IMG/VR virus record: IMGVR_UViG_3300044213_000107
Coordinates: 124,001-188,000 of that record
DNA length: 64,000 nt
Reading direction: 5' to 3' (one strand)
A program made the position numbers and the translations under genes. Shown one piece after another: positions 1-9,770 of the stretch; position 1 is the first letter of the stretch; every line of letters starts with the position of its first letter. The notes below the pieces were generated by a model that searched no databases, was not told the origin of the DNA, and saw nothing but the letters and a program-made list of their open reading frames with translations.

Positions 1-144
1 AAAAATAGTTTTAAGAGATTCAACTACAAATTCCATGGTTGTTTGGTTATCATTTAGATAAATGACATTAAACAATTTTGGAGGTGCAAGATCTAATTTT
101 GGTTCAATACAAGTACGAGTCAAAGTTTCTGTGTTAGTTGTCAT
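1..144 (-). CDS. clpS: ClpS N-degron adaptor; 5' part only, runs off the window edge; not in the ORF track
   Basis: Manual translation MTTNTETLTRTCIEPKLDLAPPKLFNVIYLNDNQTTMEFVVESLKTIF matches the ClpS P-x-x-(F/Y)-x-V-x-x-x-NDxxT-x-x-EFV motif. Confidence 0.85.
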   Translation of the reverse strand, partial: MTTNTETLTRTCIEPKLDLAPPKLFNVIYLNDNQTTMEFVVESLKTIF

Positions 145-163
145 AATTTGTCTTTAAGTTAGA

Positions 164-183
164 AAGGGGAGTTGCCTCCCCTT
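164..183 (-). terminator. Hairpin after hsp20 (terminator or stability element)
   Basis: aaggggag-ttgc-ctcccctt, a perfect 8-bp stem, followed by a short U tract on the minus strand. Confidence 0.5.
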
Positions 184-201
184 ATTATACTGCAACCTAG
201 A

Positions 202-642
202 TTATTTTGCAAATGTTATTGCAATTTTTTTAGGTTTGTCTTCTTCTGGAACTACTTGTTCAAGAGCAATAGCCAAAATACCATTTTTAACTGTTGCACC
301 ACGAACTTCAATGTGTTCGGCTAAAGGGAATGTGCGCACAAAATTGCGAGCCGAAATACCTTTGTGTAGATATTCTACATCATCGCGTTTTGCTTGCTCA
401 CCTTTAACTGTAAGCACATTTTCTTTGAGTTCTACGTCAATTTCACTTTCGTTAAAACCAGCGACTGCAACTTCGATTACATAATGTGTGTCATCAATTT
501 TGACTACATTATGTGGTGGATAATTGCCGTCTGTTTTGCTGTTTGCAAAAGTGCGATTTAACTGCTCAAACAAGTTGTCAAAGCCAATGGCATGACGGTG
601 TAAAGAGGGTAAATCAATCGTGTGAAGTGTAAAATTTGTCAT
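202..642 (-). CDS. Small heat-shock protein Hsp20 (IbpA-like)
   Basis: YPPHNVVK, EVAVAGF, YLHKGISARNF, NGILAI alpha-crystallin motifs; start reset to MTNFTL at 642, which has an AGGAG RBS. Confidence 0.95.
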   Translation of the reverse strand: MTNFTLHTIDLPSLHRHAIGFDNLFEQLNRTFANSKTDGNYPPHNVVKIDDTHYVIEVAVAGFNESEIDVELKENVLTVKGEQAKRDDVEYLHKGISARNFVRTFPLAEHIEVRGATVKNGILAIALEQVVPEEDKPKKIAITFAK

Positions 643-715
643 TTTTGTTTCTCCTTTATAAGCAAGTTTTATGACTAAGTTGTGTAGCCCACTATTGGCA
701 CTACACATTTATTTA
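643..715 (-). promoter_or_regulatory. ROSE-like RNA thermometer 5' UTR of hsp20
   Basis: CUUGCUU-AUA-AAGGAG (666-651) pairs over the SD with a bulged G; 5' hairpin at 707-681; TAAATA/TATAAT at 720-710. Confidence 0.55.
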
Positions 716-733
716 TTATACACAGAAAAAATC

Positions 734-973
734 TTAATACAATCTTTTTGGTAAACTATCTGCTTCGATTTTCTTTTGCCAGCGACGCTTGGCTTGACTA
801 CGTGCTTTTTTACGAGCAGTAGTGGGTTTTTCGTAAAATTCTTTTTCACGAAGTTCTTGTATTAATCCAGTTTCTTGGATTTTCTTTTTAAATTTGCGCA
901 GGGCTTTTTCTACGTTATCGTAGCTAACGTAAACTGTTAGACCTCGTTTGCGACTTCTATTATCGTATGTCAT
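734..973 (-). CDS. rpsU: Ribosomal protein bS21
   Basis: NVEKALRKFKKK...ELREKEFYEKPTTARKK signature; 79 aa, basic. Confidence 0.92.
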   Translation of the reverse strand: MTYDNRSRKRGLTVYVSYDNVEKALRKFKKKIQETGLIQELREKEFYEKPTTARKKARSQAKRRWQKKIEADSLPKRLY

Positions 974-974
974 A

Positions 975-2177
975 TTATGTGTAAATTGGTTCAGTTTTAT
1001 ATTTAACTGTTTCAGCAGTTATTTGTATTTTTTTATAGCCGGCTTGTTTAATTTCGGATATTTTATACAAAAATGGTTGTAAAGTTCTCTCTATGATGCT
1101 TTTTAATGCTCTAGCACCTATTTTCATGCTTGCAGCTTCTTCCGCAATGGTTTTTACAGCTTCTGGTGTAAATTCTAATGCAACCGAGTCTGCTTCAAAA
1201 TAAAACTGCATTTGTTTAATTAAATTGTTTTTTGGTTTAATCAGTATACTAACAAAATCATCTAGAGTTAATTTATTTACAGAAACCAAAACAGGAAATC
1301 TACCTACAAATTCAGGAATCATTCCATACTGTATAAAATCTTCCCAGTCAGCGGTGTCAGAAGTTTTTATGTTATTAGTAGTTGATCTAAACCCTATGCC
1401 GGTTCCGCGGCATCGTTGTTCTATAATTCGATCTAGATCACTAAATGCTCCACTGGCTATAAACAGTATGTTTGTTGTATCTATATCAATTTGGTCCAAG
1501 CTAGGATGTTTTTTGTTATTGCCAATTGGTACTCTGCATACTGTACCTTCAACTAGTTTTAATAGTGCCTGTTGTACACCCTCACCACTAACATCTCGAG
1601 TAATACTAGGCCCTTCGCTTTTACGGCCAATTTTATCTATTTCATCTAAAAATACAATTCCGCGTTGGCATGCTTCTACATCGTAATCTGCTTCAGCAAA
1701 TAAACGAGCAATCATGGTATCTACATCATCGCCAACATACCCCGACTCGGTTAATGTTGTTGCATCGGCAATAACAAACGGTACATTCAAGTATCGTGCA
1801 ATAGTTCGTGCTAATAATGTTTTCCCTGATCCAGTTGAACCAAATAACAATATATTACTTTTTTCTAATTCTACACGACTGTTAAAAAATACACGTTTAT
1901 AATGATTTGTGACCCCGACACTCAATGCTATTTTTGCAGCATCTTGGCCAATTACGTATAAATCTAAAAACTGTTTTATCTTAACAGGATCTAATGCTCG
2001 GTTTATTTTTTTGTCTGCTCTAAAGGTATCGTTGCGTTCTTTGTTTAATATCCCAGAACACAAATCTATACATTCATCGCAAATACCTGCATCGTTGGCA
2101 ACAATAAGTTTGTTTACATCGTTACGGGTTTTACCGCAAAAATTACAATGTATCAGCAGCGTGTTGTTGTCTTTCAT
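975..2177 (-). CDS. clpX: ATP-dependent Clp protease ATP-binding subunit ClpX
   Basis: C4 zinc domain (CNFC...CDEC), Walker A GSTGSGKT, GYVG pore loop, DEID, RDVSGEGVQQ, IGF loop, GARAL. Confidence 0.95.
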   Translation of the reverse strand: MKDNNTLLIHCNFCGKTRNDVNKLIVANDAGICDECIDLCSGILNKERNDTFRADKKINRALDPVKIKQFLDLYVIGQDAAKIALSVGVTNHYKRVFFNSRVELEKSNILLFGSTGSGKTLLARTIARYLNVPFVIADATTLTESGYVGDDVDTMIARLFAEADYDVEACQRGIVFLDEIDKIGRKSEGPSITRDVSGEGVQQALLKLVEGTVCRVPIGNNKKHPSLDQIDIDTTNILFIASGAFSDLDRIIEQRCRGTGIGFRSTTNNIKTSDTADWEDFIQYGMIPEFVGRFPVLVSVNKLTLDDFVSILIKPKNNLIKQMQFYFEADSVALEFTPEAVKTIAEEAASMKIGARALKSIIERTLQPFLYKISEIKQAGYKKIQITAETVKYKTEPIYT

Positions 2178-2526
2178 TGGCTCGTTGAGAAAAATAATCG
2201 AGTATATTGTTGATCTTATTTGCGTTTGCTAAAAAATTCTTAGGCCCATAATAATATGCCTGCGGTAGCGCAGCCAATCTATCTTTAACGGAACTAATTG
2301 TAGTTTCTTCGGTGTTTACAATCAACACATGGCTACGTGCAACTGCGGCATCTAACCATTCTAGATTGTCTAAATCGTATTTGTATAGATATACATTAAA
2401 TGATTCGTCATTGCCCGAACATAATATTGCTAGAGTTTCTACATCAACTGGACTAGCATCAATGATAGTCACTGTATGTTGTTCATCGTCAACAAAATCC
2501 GGGGGTGTAATAAAATTACTGGTCAT
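2143..2526 (-). CDS. Hypothetical protein
   Basis: 127-aa ORF on the majority strand that fills the gap. Confidence 0.65.
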   Translation of the reverse strand: MTSNFITPPDFVDDEQHTVTIIDASPVDVETLAILCSGNDESFNVYLYKYDLDNLEWLDAAVARSHVLIVNTEETTISSVKDRLAALPQAYYYGPKNFLANANKINNILDYFSQRANERQQHAADTL

Positions 2527-4075
2527 GTTTTACCTTTGCTAGATATGCTTCAATTTGGTCATGCTCGACATCAGTTAATAAGTCTGCATCGTATTTACCT
2601 GCGGCCAGTTGTTCTATTAACCAAGGAATATATGCTTCGTTGTAGGCATAACTGTCAGAATTGTTTCTATCCACTTCTACCCATTTTACTTTGTTCCACT
2701 TAAACAATCGAGGCGGTAAGTAATCAACTCGTAGGTACATATCACCTTTAGCAGGGCTTATCGGAAATGCAGTTCCAAATCCTGCAGAAATCTGCTGGTG
2801 CATTTCGTTGTCAGCTAACGCTGTTAAAAATGGCAGTTGCGATACATTTTTTTCTGCTATTTGATTGGGCTTTTCTATATTGCTGTCAAGCATGTCATCA
2901 ACTGCCGCCTGTTCCTCTTTGGTTAGCTCAGCAGACATCAAAGGAACATTGTCTTCGGGTTGACTGTTGGTAACCACCAAAGGTGGTTCTACCACAGGTT
3001 CTTCGGGCGTGTATACCAATGGTTTAACTTCAGTGCCTAGTCCTGTCCAAGGACGGTCCAAATAAGGATGTTTTTCAAACACTGACTTTTCGGGTTCTGG
3101 TTTAACAGGTTCATTAAACATCCATCCAGGCGGGTGCGGGTCAGAAAATGGTTCTGGCTCTACAGGATATTCTTCCTCCGATGCTGCCTGTGCTGCCTTG
3201 ATGTCTACTACATCCATTTGCTGGGACGGATCTTCTATTTCAGCTTTTTCTTCTGCGGTAGGAGGTTCTCCAACTTCTGCTACCCAAGAGTCGTGTTCAA
3301 CTTCTTGGGGTTCTTGTTCTTCGCGAATCCAAGCAAATGTCATTTGGCTGGCCAGTAACATCACAACTGCCAATGGGTCAAACACAATAACAATCAAAAT
3401 AATAACCCAAGTTACTGCTCGCTCCAGGATTGATGCATCTGGATTGTCCCCATACACAAATGCCGCAATGTATTTTATAGGACCAACTTCCGCTTCGACC
3501 TTTCGTACTTCGGCGGCAATAGGCGCACGGGCATCTGTAAGTTCCGCAATAGACTTCTGCGACTGTGATATTTCATTTTGAAGTCTAACACGTTCTTTCT
3601 GCTGGGACTTACGCAAAGCCACAGCTTTGTCGGCACCCTTTTCATCTGTTGAGCGGCCCAGTACTTGGTCCACTCCTTCATCCATCTGTTTAAGTGCCCG
3701 ACGGTCTGCTTCAATATTTTCCTTTTCGGTTTTAATTTTTTCATCATATATTGCTATTTTACTTTGAACATCACCTGATACTAATGTTTGGTCACTGTGT
3801 GCTTTCGAAAGGAAGCCAAATATACCTAAACTGGTAATAAACATTAGAATTGCCACTGCCGTAACTGCATAGGTTTTCATTAGTATGGGCAGTCGTGGCC
3901 AGTGTGCTTTAACCCAACTTGCGGTTACAAGTTTGCCAACTTCCAGGCTAATGCCCATAATAGCAATTGGTATGGCGGCGGCAGAGAAAATGGCCATTAG
4001 ACCCATTACCGAGTAGTAAATGGCCACGCCACTAATGGTTAAACCAGAAAGTAATAATAAGACTGCAAGTATCAT
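2516..4075 (-). CDS. Membrane-anchored coiled-coil protein with acidic/Pro-rich linker
   Basis: Three N-terminal hydrophobic helices, a coiled coil, a further TM segment and a PEPE-rich region; TAAATA 6 nt upstream of the ATG. Confidence 0.8.
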   Translation of the reverse strand: MILAVLLLLSGLTISGVAIYYSVMGLMAIFSAAAIPIAIMGISLEVGKLVTASWVKAHWPRLPILMKTYAVTAVAILMFITSLGIFGFLSKAHSDQTLVSGDVQSKIAIYDEKIKTEKENIEADRRALKQMDEGVDQVLGRSTDEKGADKAVALRKSQQKERVRLQNEISQSQKSIAELTDARAPIAAEVRKVEAEVGPIKYIAAFVYGDNPDASILERAVTWVIILIVIVFDPLAVVMLLASQMTFAWIREEQEPQEVEHDSWVAEVGEPPTAEEKAEIEDPSQQMDVVDIKAAQAASEEEYPVEPEPFSDPHPPGWMFNEPVKPEPEKSVFEKHPYLDRPWTGLGTEVKPLVYTPEEPVVEPPLVVTNSQPEDNVPLMSAELTKEEQAAVDDMLDSNIEKPNQIAEKNVSQLPFLTALADNEMHQQISAGFGTAFPISPAKGDMYLRVDYLPPRLFKWNKVKWVEVDRNNSDSYAYNEAYIPWLIEQLAAGKYDADLLTDVEHDQIEAYLAKVKHDQ

Positions 4076-4123
4076 AGAGTGTATTTATTGGTATTACTCT
4101 AACAGTTTACACAGAGTTTTTGA

Positions 4124-6334
4124 TTATGTCAAGACTTGCCAGCCGATTTCGCCCAAAACATCGGCATTATTTGATGTTGATGTGATTACTAAGGTAAGTG
4201 TATCCGAAACGTTGGCCAGTGTGCGACCAAGTTGGTATTGGAATATACCTTGACTTTCGAGTGTAATGGCAGTTCTGGCATCGGCATAGCCCGCGGCAAC
4301 TTCGGTGCCGCCCGAGACTGCGGTAGCGGCCGAGTCTACATCTACTGCACCAGTAGCAGTAGTACCGGTCCAGGTAGCACCAGTTAAGGTAGCATTCAAT
4401 AATAACGCCCACCGATAGTAGTTTACTGAAGGACTCAGGATGTCTACCTGTGTAGGGTTAACCACAGAATCTAATCTACTGCTATTCATTCTAATGCTGA
4501 CCAAAGGTATATATGTTCCTGCTGATGTAACACGTTTGGTAGTAACACCAGTGCCGGCTGTTTCGGTATAGCCAATTTCGTTGTAGCCGGCTTCGCTCAT
4601 TACACTACAACAAATCTGTTTCATTGTACTGGCCTGTGCGGTTGCACCAGTATTGGTTATTTCATAGCGTATGGGCAGAGTTGCTGTCTGCATATAGGTT
4701 GTGGTATAGTTAGTGCTGTTAGCGTGATGAAACTTGTGGCAACACACATATTGTCCATTGATCACAAAACCTGTGCGTACTGTGCCCACACCTAACCACT
4801 CAATGTCGCACCAGAATATTTGTGGTGCGGCTGTGTTAAGTGTAATGCCGCTAGGACCTGTGCCGTCTAATCGGTCATAGTTCCACGAACTCTGTGCTAT
4901 TCTTTCTTCGGCTAATGTTCCAGAACTTGAACTGCGAATAACCATATTCAGTGTACTGTTGGCCTGTTCAAAGTAAATGCCATTTGAGGCACCAAAGTAG
5001 CCCACACGCTGACGTAGGTTGTTTTGTGCTGGTGCCATAACAAAGGTACACAGGATAAGTAAACTCTTACCTGGCTGATAGTTGAACACACGCTTGGATT
5101 CACGTATGACCTCTGATCCTGAACTTGTGGTAACATTAAGATTACGTACATCGGCGTTGAAGTCGTAGGTAACAGTTCCGCCGGTGCTGACAGCATTACT
5201 AAACTGTCCTCGGGAGATATAACGCAAGGCACTATCAAATATAGTAACTGGTTCACTAACACGTAGTCGACCAAAAGCATCATAGGCAGTTGGTGTAAAT
5301 GTTACTGTTGGTGTGCCATTAATCGATACATTTGCATTAGAAGGAAATGTTGTAGTAATATTACCTGCAACTTGCCAAGGTGTTGTGCCTTGATTTACTG
5401 TAATAGGTTGGTCTGACCCACCAATGTTGCCGTAGATGTGTACGTTGCCAGTAATAGTAGGTAGTTGTGTTATTGATACATTACTTGGAAAGTTATTAAC
5501 ATTTACATTACCAGCAATAGTAGGTAGTTGTGTAATTGATACATTACCTGATACTCCTACACTACCTGTAACAGGTGGCATCTGTGTTATCGATACATTA
5601 CCTAAGGCAGGTAACTGTGTTATGCTTACATTACCACTTACACTAACTCCAGGTAGTTGTGTTATTGATATGTTACCTGATACACCAACATTACCTGTAA
5701 CAGCAGGCATCTGTGTAATGCTAACATTACTTGGGAAATTATCTACATTAACATTACCACGAACAGCAGGTAACTGTGTTATGCTTACGTTGCCAAGTGC
5801 TGGTAATTGAGAAATTGAAACGTTACCACTCACACCAACATTGCCACTTACTCCAACGTTGCCTGTGATAGACGGCATTGTGGTTATCGATACATTACTT
5901 GGAAATACAGGAAAATTATTTACATTAACATTACCAGTTATTGTTGGTAGTTGTGTGATACTTATATTACCAGGAAAGTTAGTAACCGCAACACCTGGCA
6001 TTTGTGTAATGCTAACATTACTGGGAAATGCTGGAAAGTTAGTTACAGCGACATTGCCAGCGACACGAACATTGGCGTTACCATCTAAACTTACTGGTAA
6101 CCAAGGTACTGTTAGTATACCAGATGTACCAATTTCATCAAGATGAACGTGTACTGCATTATCTGGAGTTGAATCAACTTGAACTACACCAGGAATATTT
6201 ACATTGCCACTAATGTTAATGTTGCCAGCAAAGCCTGTGCGTACAGTTACATCACCACCGTCATTTAGATAAAGAGCGTTGGTTAAATTTTGTAGTAACG
6301 GATTTACACCTGGGCCTTTGTTGCTGGTGCTCAT
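4124..6334 (-). CDS. Repeat-rich putative virion structural protein
   Basis: About 11 (G/S)N(V/I)SITQ(L/M)P units followed by a beta-rich C-terminal domain starting DAFGRLRVSEP. Confidence 0.75.
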   Translation of the reverse strand: MSTSNKGPGVNPLLQNLTNALYLNDGGDVTVRTGFAGNINISGNVNIPGVVQVDSTPDNAVHVHLDEIGTSGILTVPWLPVSLDGNANVRVAGNVAVTNFPAFPSNVSITQMPGVAVTNFPGNISITQLPTITGNVNVNNFPVFPSNVSITTMPSITGNVGVSGNVGVSGNVSISQLPALGNVSITQLPAVRGNVNVDNFPSNVSITQMPAVTGNVGVSGNISITQLPGVSVSGNVSITQLPALGNVSITQMPPVTGSVGVSGNVSITQLPTIAGNVNVNNFPSNVSITQLPTITGNVHIYGNIGGSDQPITVNQGTTPWQVAGNITTTFPSNANVSINGTPTVTFTPTAYDAFGRLRVSEPVTIFDSALRYISRGQFSNAVSTGGTVTYDFNADVRNLNVTTSSGSEVIRESKRVFNYQPGKSLLILCTFVMAPAQNNLRQRVGYFGASNGIYFEQANSTLNMVIRSSSSGTLAEERIAQSSWNYDRLDGTGPSGITLNTAAPQIFWCDIEWLGVGTVRTGFVINGQYVCCHKFHHANSTNYTTTYMQTATLPIRYEITNTGATAQASTMKQICCSVMSEAGYNEIGYTETAGTGVTTKRVTSAGTYIPLVSIRMNSSRLDSVVNPTQVDILSPSVNYYRWALLLNATLTGATWTGTTATGAVDVDSAATAVSGGTEVAAGYADARTAITLESQGIFQYQLGRTLANVSDTLTLVITSTSNNADVLGEIGWQVLT
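5380..6070 (-). repeat. Degenerate tandem coding repeat (GNVSITQLP family)
   Basis: Recurrent tgtgttat(c/g)...acattac DNA units that match the peptide repeat. Confidence 0.85.
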
Positions 6335-6335
6335 G

Positions 6336-7877
6336 TTATACTGCCACGTTGGCCCACTTGTTACGCAAGTACTTTTCTACAGAAATAATACTTGATGGGC
6401 TGAGTGCGGAGTTATACATAATAACTTCGCCTATGTTTAGACCTTGGGTTGAAGCTGTAGCATTAGTTAGATTTTTGCCACTTTGTGGAGGACGACCACT
6501 AAAAAATAAATTTGGTATTGGTGTGCCGGCAATAGTACCTTTAGTTGTTACACTACTTAATGTACCAGAAACACTAAATGATATACTGTTTGCGTTACAT
6601 GCCGTAACCGTTTGCGTACCATTTAATACCGCGGTCCCAACTGTAGTCCAGCTAGCTAATGTAATGTTTTGTCCTACTAAGTAAGGTGCCGTACCTTGGC
6701 TTGCTGACAGCATAACTGTACAAGTTCCACCGGAAACTGTAGTAGAGCTAACTGTAGAGCTAGCCAATGTAAATGTAGACGGTGGATTAGTTGTTGTGCC
6801 AACTGTGCCGGTAAATGTTAATGGGCAAGCATTACCGTCTAATCGTGCTTGGAAACGTGTGGCATTAGTTGCCTGTGTGCCATCAAACTTTAATACATGT
6901 ACGTGCCAACCTGTGGTACTTGCGGCATTACCTGTTGCAGTAGCACCGGATACAGTATAGTTATAGACACTGGCATTTGTACCAAAACTGATATCAACAC
7001 CTGCGTGGTCACTGCCTGTGATTGCTACGTTACCAGTAACTGATCCTACCTTGTATGCTATAGCCATAGTATAACCACTCAATGTACTGGCATTACCTAA
7101 CGGAACACGAAAAGCGTCGCCCGAGTTAAATCCCACATAAGGCATGTTAGCAGTAATGACACCTGATGTTTTTGTTTGACTTATACTTACATAATAAGTA
7201 CCAACGCCACCTACACCTGTGCCTAGTGCGGTAATATATGTTGCGGCGGTTACGCCTGTACCAACGATCATATTGTTTACACTGATTGTACCAGCGGATA
7301 TAGCAGATACTGTTAATACAATAGGAGTAACTGTTAATGTTTGGCTTGCTTGAGCGGGAATTGCTGTACCGGCCAAGTTGGTAATTGTCCAAGCACCGGT
7401 TGAGTTTGCTGTACCAGATTGATTAGCACTAATAATAGTGTTTGCAGGAATTGTACCACCACTTAATACATAGCCAATGACCACGCCACTGTTAGTTGGT
7501 GCTGTAGTAACGGTTAGAGTTGTTCCCGAAACTGAGCCAGTGAATGTACTTGCTGTGCCTGGAGCAATCGATCCTGTAAATGCTGCGGTACCTGGGACGG
7601 CAGTACCTGAGTTAAAATAAAAGTTTGGCAAGTTATACTGTGTTGTACCTAAGGCACCAAATCCATAGGTGCCCATTGGTGTACCGGAGTAGAACTTACT
7701 TAGCCAGCCTTGTACGGTATCGCCTGACTGAATTGGTGTGTGTGCAGCACCAGTAAAGTAACTTACCGAGCTGGCGTCATACCAGAAGTTAGCTTGTCCA
7801 AAACTGAACAAGTTACTACCAGTGGTGCTAACCGTAGGTGCGGCAATAACGTTCTTATGACGATGTAAGTTTAGCAT
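6336..7877 (-). CDS. Thr/Gly/Ser-rich putative fibre/decoration protein with a split LamG-like domain
   Basis: FWYDAS at the N-terminus and [12 protein letters not shown]...VEKYLRNKW at the C-terminus are typical of LamG/ConA-like phage proteins. Confidence 0.65.
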   Translation of the reverse strand: MLNLHRHKNVIAAPTVSTTGSNLFSFGQANFWYDASSVSYFTGAAHTPIQSGDTVQGWLSKFYSGTPMGTYGFGALGTTQYNLPNFYFNSGTAVPGTAAFTGSIAPGTASTFTGSVSGTTLTVTTAPTNSGVVIGYVLSGGTIPANTIISANQSGTANSTGAWTITNLAGTAIPAQASQTLTVTPIVLTVSAISAGTISVNNMIVGTGVTAATYITALGTGVGGVGTYYVSISQTKTSGVITANMPYVGFNSGDAFRVPLGNASTLSGYTMAIAYKVGSVTGNVAITGSDHAGVDISFGTNASVYNYTVSGATATGNAASTTGWHVHVLKFDGTQATNATRFQARLDGNACPLTFTGTVGTTTNPPSTFTLASSTVSSTTVSGGTCTVMLSASQGTAPYLVGQNITLASWTTVGTAVLNGTQTVTACNANSISFSVSGTLSSVTTKGTIAGTPIPNLFFSGRPPQSGKNLTNATASTQGLNIGEVIMYNSALSPSSIISVEKYLRNKWANVAV

Positions 7878-8842
7878 TAAGCAAATCCTGTAACCAAACT
7901 AGCAAGATATCCAATAGTACTATTAACGTATGTTACTGTTAATAAGTCTGTGGCATTGGCTGCAGTACTCAATGTTTTGTTTCCGCCAGCAAATTTCATA
8001 GAGCTTGTTAACAAGTAAGGACCGCCTGACGATGGTTGTGTTACTGCAAAGGTGACTGTTTGTCCACTCTGTGGATTATTAAACGCATTAAATGTAATGC
8101 TACCAGTTAATGTTAGTACTTGTAAGTCGCCGTTGGCTGGGTCTGGTGTGATAGTTCCTGTTGTTGTACCAGAGCCACTGGCAATAGTGTAAACTGTATC
8201 GCGAACATCACGAACTTGTAAAGTGTTGCCCATAATAACTGGAGTAATGTTAGTGAAAATCACATAACCACTTCCGTCTGGGTTTAGTGTAATGTTACCG
8301 TTAGTACCGCTAGGAGTTGTAATTTGTCCTGTGGCAGTTTGGATAATGTTAGCGGCCAATACGTTACCAGAATATACAGGCAAGTAACTTGCTACGTTAG
8401 CATTACTATAAGTAGATCCGCCGCCACCTAAGTTTACGTTGGCCCAGGTCTCGTATGCACCTACGTTAGCACTTAATGTTTGGATATTGGTAGCATTAGT
8501 AGCAATGTTGGTATTAGCACCAGTGATTTGATTTTGTAGTGATGTAACACTAGCATTAGCCCAGGTCTCGTATGCACCTACGTTAGCACTTAATGTTTGG
8601 ATATTGGTAGCATTAGTAGCAATGTTGGTATTAGCACCAGTGATTTGATTTTGTAGTGATGTAACACTAGCATTAGCCCAGGTCTCGTATGCACCTAAGT
8701 TGGCACTGATTGCCTGTGTAGCATAAGTCTTAACTGCTAATGCTGTTGTTTTTTGTGTTGTTCCACCATCTACTACTGGTAGTACTGTAGAGTCACTAAC
8801 ACTTGATAGTGATGATAGTGCTGAAATTTTTACATTTGCCAT
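7877..8842 (-). CDS. Short fibre-like structural protein with a 39-aa tandem repeat
   Basis: [10 protein letters not shown]...[16 protein letters not shown]-terminus, coiled repeats, and modules shared with the 1607-aa fibre. Confidence 0.7.
   Translation of the reverse strand: MANVKISALSSLSSVSDSTVLPVVDGGTTQKTTALAVKTYATQAISANLGAYETWANASVTSLQNQITGANTNIATNATNIQTLSANVGAYETWANASVTSLQNQITGANTNIATNATNIQTLSANVGAYETWANVNLGGGGSTYSNANVASYLPVYSGNVLAANIIQTATGQITTPSGTNGNITLNPDGSGYVIFTNITPVIMGNTLQVRDVRDTVYTIASGSGTTTGTITPDPANGDLQVLTLTGSITFNAFNNPQSGQTVTFAVTQPSSGGPYLLTSSMKFAGGNKTLSTAANATDLLTVTYVNSTIGYLASLVTGFA
8442..8697. repeat. Exact 117-bp tandem repeat (2 full copies plus a partial)
   Basis: gcccaggtctcgtatgcacc recurs at 8442, 8559 and 8676. 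Confidence 0.95.
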
Positions 8843-8846
8843 TTTG

Positions 8847-9164
8847 TTATTCCGGTATTAAAATTAATCCGCTTTCTGTTGTTAATAGATCGCCTGTTTC
8901 TGCTTGTATGCCGTTGATAGGTGATAGTACACCTGCAATCCAAGGACGACCCAGAACAAGCCCCCCGGTGTTTGCGTTATCAACAATTGAGTTACCACTA
9001 TACTGTGTTGGCAACTCGGTAATGTCATATGTACTACGCAAATCTGCGTTAGTTGGGTTATCTCTATGTGCAAGATCAGCTGCACGTTTAGTAGCCGCTA
9101 GATCTAGTTTAGCTTTTTGCCGAGCTTCTCTAGTAGATAAATGTGCAATACCATTTGCTGACAT
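8847..9164 (-). CDS. Hypothetical (likely virion) protein
   Basis: 105-aa ORF coupled to its neighbours. Confidence 0.7.
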   Translation of the reverse strand: MSANGIAHLSTREARQKAKLDLAATKRAADLAHRDNPTNADLRSTYDITELPTQYSGNSIVDNANTGGLVLGRPWIAGVLSPINGIQAETGDLLTTESGLILIPE

Positions 9165-9478
9165 TATGGTTTCTCCGCTTGATATCCTGGATACATGCTA
9201 GGAGCATTAGTTCTTATATCTGCAGGATTTTTTCTATGGTGCATATCGTCGCCTCCAGGAAAGGCCGCCGAAAGTGGGGCAACAATTTCATTTGGTTTGT
9301 TCGCATATTCAAGCTCGTTTGTCATACCAGATAGTTGTTTAATGATTGTAAGTTCGTCGGTTGTTGAATCAGGAGGATTTATAACTAAGTCAACTGTTGC
9401 AATTTCTTGTTCTTGTTGCTCGGCTGAATTTTGATCAACTAGATCAATAACTGTTCTTATAATGTCTGTAATCTTCAT
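9164..9478 (-). CDS. Hypothetical late protein
   Basis: 104-aa ORF with TAAATA 4 nt upstream of the ATG. Confidence 0.7.
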   Translation of the reverse strand: MKITDIIRTVIDLVDQNSAEQQEQEIATVDLVINPPDSTTDELTIIKQLSGMTNELEYANKPNEIVAPLSAAFPGGDDMHHRKNPADIRTNAPSMYPGYQAEKP

Positions 9479-9513
9479 ATCGTATTTATGGATATTGCAG
9501 AGTATTTATAGTC

Positions 9514-9539
9514 AAAAGAAAACCCGCTTTTAGCGGGTT
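9514..9539 (-). terminator. Intrinsic terminator
   Basis: aacccgc-taaaa-gcgggtt followed by ttcttttg on the minus strand. Confidence 0.75.
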
Positions 9540-9558
9540 GATGATAAGTGTGCAAAAT

Positions 9559-9750
9559 TTAAAGATTTTTAATATAATTGATAACTGCTTTGGCTTCTTG
9601 ATATCCCGATTCTGTTAACATGGCTTCGTTTATTTCGTTTAGTAAAGCCTGCTCTTGAGCATAATTGTGCATTACAAATGTCTGTCGATCAGTCATGCGT
9701 ATGTTATACAACACCGAGAACTGCTTAAATTGGTTATCTTTATTTTCCAT
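9559..9750 (-). CDS. Hypothetical early protein
   Basis: 63 aa with an AAGGAA RBS. Confidence 0.65.
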   Translation of the reverse strand: MENKDNQFKQFSVLYNIRMTDRQTFVMHNYAQEQALLNEINEAMLTESGYQEAKAVINYIKNL

Positions 9751-9770
9751 AATAGCGTTCCTTTTTGCAA

